DNA of 64,000 nt from a virus (taxonomy: Duplodnaviria > Caudoviricetes), in IMG/VR virus record IMGVR_UViG_3300014204_000185, positions 2,896-66,895 of that record; one strand, given 5' to 3'. Under the pieces are notes generated by a model that saw only the letters and a list, made by a program, of their open reading frames with translations, was not told the origin of the DNA and did not search any database. Shown in pieces: positions 55,856 through 63,834 of this stretch. The position numbers and the translations under genes were made by a program. The first letter of the stretch is position 1, and the number at the start of each line of letters is the position of its first letter.

Positions 55856-56727
55856 AACTATCAACAATATTGAACATGCCGAATGAGTTTGAATTAGTGC
55901 TATTTGGGGACAACCAAGAAGGTAACTGTGCCTCGGCTTCCGATAAATATCGGGAGTGTATTGATTATATCTGTTCAAAGCCGAATAGATATGGGGTTCA
56001 CATGGGAGACGCTTGCGACGCTTTTTGGTGTGACGACATTAAGCGATACGACCCCATGACGACAAAGATCACTCCAGCAGAGCAAAAGAAGCGATTTGTG
56101 AAAGACACTGCGCCATTAGCAAAGACAGGAAGACTACTCACCATCCTAAAGGGAAACCACGAAAAGGCTATTGAGAGAAAGTACGGTGACTTCGCGGCTG
56201 AGATTTGCGAAAATCTCCAAGAGTTCGGAAAAGGTGTCTTCCCTATCACTGGAACGTACACCAATAAGTTGGAATTTCGTGACAAGAAAAACTCATTAAT
56301 GTTCAAGGGATACTTCACACATGGACGAAAGTCTCTTTCATCTGTATCACCAGACCCGCACCGCCGGAAGGCTTATTTACAATTTAGATTAAAGCGCCTC
56401 CTTGAAAACATGGCCGGAGACTGCATTCTTATGGCGAGAGGCCATAGCCACATTGTTTTAGTCACACAACCCATTCCTACTGTCTATCTGACCTCTGAAA
56501 AAGGGAAGCTGAAACAGAATTACACGCAGGCTGGAAGTGGCAAGTCCGGATCATACATCCCCCCTGACCATAGATGGTACGGATGCACCGGATCTTTCTT
56601 GAAGTCTCAGGAGTTGGATGTTGAAACATACTCTGAACTTGCAGAATACGAACCGACGGAACTTGGTTATCTAATAGCGGTAATTAAAGATAGGACCGTT
56701 GTGGATCTGAAAGAAGTGAAAATTTAG
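55852..56727 (+). CDS. calcineurin-like metallophosphoesterase
   Basis: LFGDNQ, HMGD, KGNHE, FTHG, RGHSH. Confidence 0.82.
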   Translation: MKLSTILNMPNEFELVLFGDNQEGNCASASDKYRECIDYICSKPNRYGVHMGDACDAFWCDDIKRYDPMTTKITPAEQKKRFVKDTAPLAKTGRLLTILKGNHEKAIERKYGDFAAEICENLQEFGKGVFPITGTYTNKLEFRDKKNSLMFKGYFTHGRKSLSSVSPDPHRRKAYLQFRLKRLLENMAGDCILMARGHSHIVLVTQPIPTVYLTSEKGKLKQNYTQAGSGKSGSYIPPDHRWYGCTGSFLKSQELDVETYSELAEYEPTELGYLIAVIKDRTVVDLKEVKI

Positions 56728-56819
56728 CCAGTAGGTATCGCCACCCGATACTTCATGGAGATGTTTCATTCGCATGGGGTGACACTTTTCGTCACTTTCT
56801 GTAAACGAAAGGGATGTAG

Positions 56820-57602
56820 ATGGACTGGATAAAGGTTAAACCAAATCATATCCTTTATGAATATAATGATCTGTCTGACTCTGAGTTTAGGGCATGGATA
56901 AAAATTATGGCATTAACCGCCCAAATTGAACACGAACCAACAAGAGATCAGATGCTTCAAATTGTCCATTATAAGACCCTTGACAGCCTTCAACAAAAGA
57001 TCAACACAAGGTCAATAGACCTTCAATACATCGTCAATAAGGTCTTAATAGACGTTCAATACACCCTTAATCAAAAAAAGTATTGGCGTGACCAGAAGAA
57101 GCAAAAACGGGCATTTACCCAAAATGTCCCTATGGACATCCAAGGGAAGTCTCACAACAGATTAGATAAGATTAGATTAGATAAGAATATAAAGAAAGAA
57201 AAGAAAAAAAAAATTGAGATTGTTTTACCGTCATGGATACCAAAAGAACCGTGGGATGGTTTTGTTGAAATGCGAAAAGAGATAAAAAAACCACTCACCG
57301 GCAGGGCGATTAAATTAGCTATTACAAAACTCCAAGAGTTGAAAGAATTGGGTAACGACCCTGGAAAGGTTCTCGACCAATCCACGATGTCAAAGTGGCA
57401 AGGGCTGTTCGAGCTTCAAAAGACGAAAATTGTAAAAAGATTTGGAAATGAAAAACCCGGAACGACATACCAAAACACGGGGCGCGATATTAGAAACTAT
57501 AAACCAGAAGAACGTCCAGAAATGACCGAAGAGGAACGGCGGCGGAACATTGAAAGGGCTCAAGCATTAAGCCGCTCCATAGGTACGAGGGCCAGTCCGT
57601 GA
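56820..57602 (+). CDS. phage replication initiator (replisome-organiser-like)
   Basis: N-terminal WIKV wHTH; IRLDKIRLDK linker; C-terminal W..FVEMRK.IKKPLT.RA...DQS....WQGLF. Confidence 0.78.
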   Translation: MDWIKVKPNHILYEYNDLSDSEFRAWIKIMALTAQIEHEPTRDQMLQIVHYKTLDSLQQKINTRSIDLQYIVNKVLIDVQYTLNQKKYWRDQKKQKRAFTQNVPMDIQGKSHNRLDKIRLDKNIKKEKKKKIEIVLPSWIPKEPWDGFVEMRKEIKKPLTGRAIKLAITKLQELKELGNDPGKVLDQSTMSKWQGLFELQKTKIVKRFGNEKPGTTYQNTGRDIRNYKPEERPEMTEEERRRNIERAQALSRSIGTRASP

Positions 57603-57799
57603 CCAGAAGTGAAGCGTGGGAAGACATTGGATATCGAGTGGAGAAGATGGATAAGACGTATAAATTACACAAATCATCGGACGCTGAAAGAATTAAGATT
57701 GAATATATTAGGGGATTTGAGAAGGGGAAGGTTAGGTGGTTGAGGGTTGATATCGCTCAAGACCTAATCAGTAGGGGATACGCGAAAGAGGTTAAATAG
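57599..57799 (+). CDS. hypothetical protein
   Basis: GTGA-coupled ORF. Confidence 0.5.
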   Translation: MTRSEAWEDIGYRVEKMDKTYKLHKSSDAERIKIEYIRGFEKGKVRWLRVDIAQDLISRGYAKEVK

Positions 57800-57981
57800 A
57801 TCATGTGGCAAATTAGGGAATGGGTACTTGGTGTAATTGGCGGATTTAATCACGACGATGCCCATGGATTGATTTCCCCCCCCTTCACGCTGCTCCAACT
57901 ACCCCCAAACAGCCATGCGGCAATTTAGGGGCATTAAATGGGAGATTCAATGAATGCCACAAACCAACATTCAAGTCAACA

Positions 57982-58146
57982 CTACCGGAAATCGGGTAGT
58001 GACTGGTATGCCACTTTCGACGGTATGTCGATGCTGGTGGTATGCCCATCACGCGGTATGTCGTTTAGATATGCCTCAATATCCACCGTTTCCGGGTCGA
58101 TCCCCTTTTCCCTTAGTTCCGCATCAAGATTAGCCATCTTGCTCAT
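57982..58146 (-). CDS. small hypothetical protein
   Basis: 54-aa ORF read by hand, ATGA-coupled, RBS. Confidence 0.45.
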   Translation of the reverse strand: MSKMANLDAELREKGIDPETVDIEAYLNDIPRDGHTTSIDIPSKVAYQSLPDFR

Positions 58147-58310
58147 GGTAGCCCCCTTTCATTTAATAGGTCACAAAGCCGGTGCGCTTCTTCTTCCGAG
58201 TTCGCCCTAAACACGATCGCCCCATTAGTCACGTTCCACCACTCCCAAAAGGATTCATCGTTATGTCCGGTATCATTCCCATATTCAACCGGCCATTTAA
58301 TCTTTGACAT
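58143..58310 (-). CDS. hypothetical protein
   Basis: GGAGG RBS; YGNDTG..DESFWEWW. Confidence 0.55.
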   Translation of the reverse strand: MSKIKWPVEYGNDTGHNDESFWEWWNVTNGAIVFRANSEEEAHRLCDLLNERGLP

Positions 58311-58485
58311 GGTATGCCTCCCTTTCAAATATCTCCGACTTTATTACGAGCTTCCGTCTGGCCGCAGCTATCCACTGCCGGACGGGTTCCCTTGTTGTCC
58401 CCATGATCCGGGCGATCTCTTTCAGGGTATGGCCTCTTTGTCGCAGGTCAAAGGCTTTGCGCTGGTATGGGGTTAGGTCGGTCAT
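58297..58485 (-). CDS. sigma70 region-4/LuxR-like HTH protein
   Basis: LTPYQRKAFDLRQRGHTLKEIARIMGTTREPVRQ. Confidence 0.75.
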   Translation of the reverse strand: MTDLTPYQRKAFDLRQRGHTLKEIARIMGTTREPVRQWIAAARRKLVIKSEIFEREAYHVKD

Positions 58486-58705
58486 GGGTTTATTCTTCAA
58501 AATCGCCAGCAATATCTTGGCATAATTTAATCAACTTTTCCCTCGCTTTCGCTTCTTCGTTCGATAGCTCATCGTCAATATGTTCTACGCAATCTCGAAG
58601 GTCTTGGAGTGTATTTATAAACCTACAATAACTCATATTTCCCATGACGTTCCCCTTTCATCTCTCTGGAAGGTTTCAGCCTTCCGTCTGGTATGGCTTT
58701 AACGA

Positions 58706-58939
58706 CTATTTCGCCCTGTACCCCACCGCCACCAGTATGACCCTCCGGCAGTATGCCGCATCGGCGAACGGTGATGGTATGGCCCTCTTTGAGATATGAT
58801 CCCATTCGTCGTCATTAAAGGCTATCATAACCTTTCTTTTCCGATACTTGGTTGATGGCCTCGGCCCTCTTGGTGCGCCCCTGCCGCGTTTGGGCTTTTC
58901 AGTCGCCGGGACACTTTCGGTGTTCGTTGAAATATCCAC
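58706..58939 (-). CDS. ribbon-helix-helix-like protein
   Basis: KRGRGAP; VMIAFNDDEWDHI...AAYCRRVIL. Confidence 0.55.
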   Translation of the reverse strand: MDISTNTESVPATEKPKRGRGAPRGPRPSTKYRKRKVMIAFNDDEWDHISKRAIPSPFADAAYCRRVILVAVGYRAK

Positions 58940-58950
58940 AACACCCCCTT

Positions 58951-59211
58951 TTATTTCAGTATGACCGATCCAATTTTCCGGTTCTCGTTTGCCGTTCTGA
59001 TTGCCGTTTTATACGCGCCCCGGAGCCGTCCAAGCTCGACCCTGAGCCGCATATTGTCGTCGCATAGCGTGGCGTTTTCGGAAATCAACCCCTCGATCAT
59101 CGCCCCCTTTTCGTCCACGTTATCCCGCATTGCCGCGTTTGCCGATTTCGCGTCGGCCAGATCGCGGCATACTCGATCATATTTTTCCGTCCAGTCGTTT
59201 TCCATTTTCAT
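58951..59211 (-). CDS. coiled-coil hypothetical protein
   Basis: RBS; heptads. Confidence 0.55.
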   Translation of the reverse strand: MKMENDWTEKYDRVCRDLADAKSANAAMRDNVDEKGAMIEGLISENATLCDDNMRLRVELGRLRGAYKTAIRTANENRKIGSVILK

Positions 59212-59306
59212 TTTCTCCCTTCTGTGTTAAGGTTCAATTCCCCTGGGTCCATGCTGTAATAGGGCGGCTTTCCCTTCGCCGTAAAAGCCGGGGGACTGGT
59301 TATGTG

Positions 59307-59471
59307 CTATATGGAGATAACATCAATATCGTTTCCGTTTTCATCGGTTATCTCAATTGTACAACCGGGATTATATTCCCGCTCGCAGTCCTCTTGGTCG
59401 GGTATGTCCACCCATGTGTTGTCGTCATGCCAAACAGCCCCGCTCGCCTCGGTGATTTTTAGTTTATACAT
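59307..59471 (-). CDS. small acidic hypothetical protein
   Basis: AGAGGGGAG RBS. Confidence 0.5.
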   Translation of the reverse strand: MYKLKITEASGAVWHDDNTWVDIPDQEDCEREYNPGCTIEITDENGNDIDVISI

Positions 59472-59722
59472 AGCTCCCCTCTTTCTGGCCTTGTGGCCGG
59501 TATGGATCATTTTGTTACCGTCAACAACATGATCCGGTATGCACCATTTTGCTGACATCAACGGTATGGTTTAATCGGTATGCCCCTCGCCTTCATCCGG
59601 TTTAACCCGGAAATCTTTTATTCTCGGAATTTGATGGCGATAGCTCTTACACGCGGGACAGGCGACCGGCACTCTATCCCCCCTCGGCTCCCAGGTATGC
59701 CCACATCTCAGACATTTGTATT

Positions 59723-59950
59723 TCATGCGCTCACCTCCGCTTGTAATAGGTTAAATGTAATTCCCCTTTCGCATGGGTCTGTGTACCATTCCATGATACA
59801 CGGCTGATTATTGCCGCATTTATTACACTCTAACGGGTCCGGCCTGTAACCTCGCCCCCAATTCGTTCCGGTATGGAAGGTTTGAGCAAACATCTTGCCG
59901 CTTGCCCGATATGCCTTTATTCTTCCACGTTGATTCCGAAAACCAGCCAT
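59723..59950 (-). CDS. hypothetical protein (CxxC)
   Basis: RBS GGAAGGG; CNKCG. Confidence 0.5.
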   Translation of the reverse strand: MAGFRNQRGRIKAYRASGKMFAQTFHTGTNWGRGYRPDPLECNKCGNNQPCIMEWYTDPCERGITFNLLQAEVSA

Positions 59951-59985
59951 TTCCCTTCCTCCTCCCCGGCTTGGCCGGTATGTAG

Positions 59986-60294
59986 TTAAGCGGGTATGCC
60001 GCTATGATGAAATTCGCTTCCCTCTGACGGGTCCATTTCAGCCCGGTATGGAGACAGGGCTTCGTCAAGGTATGCGTCAAATTCCGGCGTTTCGCTTGCC
60101 CCTGGATATGCTACATGGCCCCCTTCGTGGGTGATACAATCCGGCTGGTATGTCTCTCTCGTGGCCGCAAGGGAATAACCGTCATCGTCCACTGATTCCC
60201 TTAGATTGTCGTGGTCAACCAGATAAATCTCGCAAGGTTCCGTTGTCGTAATTCCCGTAATACACCCACCGCTCACTTCAATCATGATCTTCAT
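59986..60294 (-). CDS. hypothetical protein
   Basis: AAAGGAG RBS; MKIMIEVSGG...YLVDHD. Confidence 0.6.
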   Translation of the reverse strand: MKIMIEVSGGCITGITTTEPCEIYLVDHDNLRESVDDDGYSLAATRETYQPDCITHEGGHVAYPGASETPEFDAYLDEALSPYRAEMDPSEGSEFHHSGIPA

Positions 60295-60357
60295 CGGTAT
60301 TTCTCCTTTCTGGTATGCCACTTATGGCAAGTTTCCGGCGTTATTGCTGGGATGTAG

Positions 60358-60588
60358 TTATGCCTTCAGCGCCGCCGCCATTTCAGCCATTGATGTCCTT
60401 TTTAACAGGCAGTGGTCAATCCAGAGCGGATCAACCCTATGGACGGTCTCAATAACCATCGCCGGTATGCCGTTGTCCTCAAAGCGGTCAAGGCAATCAA
60501 CCGCCCGCCCATAGTGTCGGTGGGTATGTCCGCAACAACCCTCTTCGGTCAGTGTGATAAATCTCGGCTTGCTATACGTTGTTCTCAT
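60358..60588 (-). CDS. hypothetical protein
   Basis: GAAAGGAG RBS; CCGHTH. Confidence 0.55.
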   Translation of the reverse strand: MRTTYSKPRFITLTEEGCCGHTHRHYGRAVDCLDRFEDNGIPAMVIETVHRVDPLWIDHCLLKRTSMAEMAAALKA

Positions 60589-60683
60589 GGCCAGATCTCC
60601 TTTCATTCCCTGTCGGGCATAATTGCCCCGGTATGCCTATTGACTCCGCGTTTATTCCTGAGCGGGTTATGTCAATTCGTGGT

Positions 60684-60762
60684 TTGGTTTTTTTAATACG
60701 GCTATTTAAAAAACCAATGAAATCATTAAAACGGTTTTTTAATCCCCCATATTAAAAAAACC
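60684..60762. repeat. two tandem AT-rich imperfect palindromes
   Basis: TTGGTTTTTTTAATA/TATTTAAAAAACCAA and GGTTTTTTAAT/ATTAAAAAAACC. Confidence 0.8.
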
Positions 60763-60769
60763 AATTCCC

Positions 60770-61036
60770 TTATAAGTTATATGCAGCTTCCCGAATGTCA
60801 TCAATCCTATTGTCGCGTCCCTCTTCGCAGCACCGGCCCCGGCAGTCGCCACGGTGTAGGCAATAGCGCCCAAATTCAAACATCGCATGGGCCAGCTTCA
60901 CCCTTTCGGGACTACTGTCACGTTCCATCCGATCAATGAAATCCGGGTATGTCTCTTCGGTTCCCTTGCCGATTGCGACGGCTGCTGATTCCAGCATATT
61001 CCAGACCTTCGCTTTTTTGATAGTTGCTTTTCTCAT
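60770..61036 (-). CDS. hypothetical protein
   Basis: GAAAGGAG RBS. Confidence 0.55.
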   Translation of the reverse strand: MRKATIKKAKVWNMLESAAVAIGKGTEETYPDFIDRMERDSSPERVKLAHAMFEFGRYCLHRGDCRGRCCEEGRDNRIDDIREAAYNL

Positions 61037-61064
61037 GGTCAAATCTCCTTTCAATTCAATGTGT

Positions 61065-61415
61065 TTATTCCCGTTCTGGTATGGCCTCCGCTTTGGCTAT
61101 GGCGGCGCAGGCCGTATCTATTTCCGGACCATGCGTGCGGTTGTCGGTTATCATGTCCAGTAATCCTCGACACGCCCCCAGCAGATCCGGCGCGGCGGCT
61201 ATTAAAAATCCATTCGCCCTTGCAGTTTCGGCTTGTTTTCCGCACCATTCCGCTTTGTCAAAATCCTTTCGCGGCTCGCTGGCCGCATACGCCTGGGAGT
61301 TTAGCCATCGGCAATACATTGTTTCCGCTACCGTTTCGCAAGCTCCCCTTATTCCGCAAGTAATCACTCCAAGTTCATCGACCTTCCACGGTCCCGGTGT
61401 TGCTTTCGTTTTCAT
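61065..61415 (-). CDS. conserved phage protein of the TPGPW...IAAAPDLL type
   Basis: TPGPWKV; ANGFLIAAAPDLL. Confidence 0.7.
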   Translation of the reverse strand: MKTKATPGPWKVDELGVITCGIRGACETVAETMYCRWLNSQAYAASEPRKDFDKAEWCGKQAETARANGFLIAAAPDLLGACRGLLDMITDNRTHGPEIDTACAAIAKAEAIPERE

Positions 61416-61604
61416 GGTATGTCCTTCTTTCCCCGCTGATGCGGTATGTTAGATTGTTTCAACGACTCCCTTGTAATGCTTCGCCATGCCTCGTGCAGAT
61501 TGTATTGTTGATGCGTAAAGAATGTTACCCCAAACCGACGACTGCACGATGACCCTGTATTTTGCCCATGTTTTCATGCTCTTTCCCCTTTCCCGTTTCC
61601 GGTG

Positions 61605-62060
61605 CTATGGTATGGCCTCGACACTCACGGCCTGCCTCATCACGTCCGGCCCGTCAACGTCGCCAAAGTTGACCCATTGCCCGACAAAATACTTTTGCGC
61701 GTCGGCAAGCGTAACGCCCGCCGCCATGCTTTTTGATTGTTTCGACCCGTCCGAGTATGTCACGCGGTATGAGGTAAGCGGTGCAAATTCCACTAAATCT
61801 GTTATGTCGATCATCTCGATAAACGCCGGATCGTTCACCATCCGCCCAAATTCGCCAGACTCCCAACCGTTGAAAATGTAATATCGGTCATTATAGACAT
61901 CTATATAGACATTTTCTGAATTTTTCGGGCTTGTCACTATCCCGGCTGCCGTGTATTTGTCATGATTATATTTCCGCTGGACGGGCATTAAGCCACTCTC
62001 CGCTATGATATTGGCGATTTCCCTTTTTCCGTATGTGTTTAGCTTAATTATTTTCCGCAT
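61605..62060 (-). CDS. hypothetical protein, C-terminus possibly DarA_C-like
   Basis: YRVTYSDG...AQKYFVGQWVNFGD...MRQAVSVE; family match recalled, not searched. Confidence 0.5.
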   Translation of the reverse strand: MRKIIKLNTYGKREIANIIAESGLMPVQRKYNHDKYTAAGIVTSPKNSENVYIDVYNDRYYIFNGWESGEFGRMVNDPAFIEMIDITDLVEFAPLTSYRVTYSDGSKQSKSMAAGVTLADAQKYFVGQWVNFGDVDGPDVMRQAVSVEAIP

Positions 62061-62307
62061 TTCTCAACCCTCCCGGCTTGCGCCTGTTAAAGTTTGATTC
62101 TCTTTTTTACGATCTTAACCGCATATTCGGGTTGATTTTCCCGGTATGCCTTCAGGTCCGCTTTCGCCTCTTTCCGGGTCTGGTATGCCGAGACCTCTTC
62201 CCATCCCTCCGCCGTATGCTGATGTATTTGATATTCGTCTATCATTTTGCGCTTATACATTTTTCAATCCTTTCCAGCGTATCCGTCGCGGCCCGGTATG
62301 GTATGGG

Positions 62308-62478
62308 TTAATAATCGTTTGCCCTTGCGATTGCCCCTTGTTCGCCGTTTAGCTCCATAATGCGGGTTGATGAGTGCTCCCTTGTATAGAGTCCATATTC
62401 CCGGATCAAGGCAAGCGCGCTTTCCGCTTTTTTGATTTCTATTCGGCCATCATCATATTTGAGTTTGAAATATTTCAT
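62308..62478 (-). CDS. small hypothetical protein
   Basis: GGGAGGGG RBS. Confidence 0.55.
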   Translation of the reverse strand: MKYFKLKYDDGRIEIKKAESALALIREYGLYTREHSSTRIMELNGEQGAIARANDY

Positions 62479-62569
62479 CTTCCCCTCCCTCTGGTATGTT
62501 GCCCCTCGCCACGGCGACATTGCCGCTGGGTGCCTATCCTGTTTGCCGGATACGCTCCGGCGGGCGGTA

Positions 62570-63184
62570 TTATGCAACTCCACTGATCCGGTCAATCTCC
62601 TTGCCGTCATACAACACAACGGTCACGCTGTCACGATCCCGCCAATAGACAGGTATGTGCTGCCGTGTCAACTGGTCGGCGGTCTCCCGGTATAGTATGC
62701 GGGTATATGCCCCGTCATCCTCGCGTCTCCAATAATCGTTGTCGCCGCCACGTTGTGCAAGGTTGCCCTTGCCGTCGTTGTTTGCCGTCCGGTATGTCGT
62801 GACCGTCTCAATCCGGGTTGTGATCCGGCGGGCAATCTCAAGCGGGATTATAACCTTGCCCGCAATAATCAGGCCGTCTGTACACTCGGCCCCGGTCCCG
62901 TTGCGCCCATCATGATATGAGGTATTAGCCACAGACATCAGCTTGCCGTACTGTACACCAGTAAGGTCAGCGTAGGCCGTCGGATACGCCGCCTTAATGT
63001 TGCGCTCCACATGCTCTACGGTTGCCGGTCCCTTGTGACCATTGTAATGCTGCATTGCCCTTGATCGCTTGTTGCCCTTTGGCCTTGCCGTGCCGATAGG
63101 ATTGTTGGCGCAATCCAAGCCGTAGTTTGCCAATGAGCATGTTGAGCAATCCCCCTGATTTTGCGTGCAATATCCCTTTTTCAT
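62570..63184 (-). CDS. hypothetical protein with N-terminal Cys cluster
   Basis: CTQNQGDCSTCSL...C; RBS. Confidence 0.6.
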   Translation of the reverse strand: MKKGYCTQNQGDCSTCSLANYGLDCANNPIGTARPKGNKRSRAMQHYNGHKGPATVEHVERNIKAAYPTAYADLTGVQYGKLMSVANTSYHDGRNGTGAECTDGLIIAGKVIIPLEIARRITTRIETVTTYRTANNDGKGNLAQRGGDNDYWRREDDGAYTRILYRETADQLTRQHIPVYWRDRDSVTVVLYDGKEIDRISGVA

Positions 63185-63261
63185 TTTCTCCCTCATTTCT
63201 TCCCGTCTCTCCGGGGTGTCTGTTGTTGCGGGTTAATCCCCTTAAGCCTGCCATCGATCCT

Positions 63262-63480
63262 CTATTGTCTGGTCGTGCCTGGCATAATCCTGATCATTTG
63301 CCCGATCAGGTCAACGCAGATTCTGAGCTCTTTTTCAGCCCTCGCCGCCGCCGCCAACGTGTTGTTGTCAAATTCTATGTACGCCGCCTGCGCATCGTAG
63401 GCGGCGTTACGAGCGGCGGTTAGAGATGCATCCATTTTAGTCAGGATGTTATCGATCTCCTGTTTGATCCTGTCTCTCAT
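63262..63480 (-). CDS. Ala-rich coiled-coil protein, first gene of right early operon
   Basis: AGGAGG RBS. Confidence 0.6.
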   Translation of the reverse strand: MRDRIKQEIDNILTKMDASLTAARNAAYDAQAAYIEFDNNTLAAAARAEKELRICVDLIGQMIRIMPGTTRQ

Positions 63481-63533
63481 TGCCCCATCCTCCTATTTTT
63501 TATTTGTGTTGCTGTTGCCTAATGTTTGATTGC

Positions 63534-63561
63534 ATCCTACCATATTATCATCATCTGTCAA
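63534..63561 (-). promoter_or_regulatory. sigma70-type leftward promoter
   Basis: TTGACA-16 bp-TAGGAT with extended TG. Confidence 0.6.
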
Positions 63562-63805
63562 GCATTATTTTAAATTATTTTTATCAGGCGCAAAGTCAGG
63601 CCAGTCCTGCGTTTGAGATGATGGCATGAAATAAGCATGAGAAAATAAATTATAAGCAGGCGCAAGAAAACCAGAAGCATCAAGAACGCTATGCAAGAAC
63701 AATACCAGAACCGTTTCAGGAATTATGTCAATTCACGAAAAGCAATCCACCAGACATTGGCACAGATCATGCAAGAGTAGAACGAACGTACTACAAAATA
63801 TTTCC

Positions 63806-63834
63806 TTGACTTTGGCAGAGAATGGCATTATAAT
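63806..63834 (+). promoter_or_regulatory. sigma70-type rightward promoter
   Basis: TTGACT-17 bp-TATAAT. Confidence 0.7.

Larger units (their letters stand above)
58005..62796 (+). repeat. dispersed, strand-polarised GGTATG motif field (38 exact copies counted by eye)
   Basis: e.g. 58005, 58022, 58039, 58055, 59536, 59563, 59577, 59977, 59993, 62295, 62300, 62791; no CATACC seen on + in this interval. Confidence 0.9.

Noticed and set aside
59823-60080. 85-aa minus-strand ORF
   Set aside because: Overlaps two better-supported genes in other frames; composition reflects the repeated motif.
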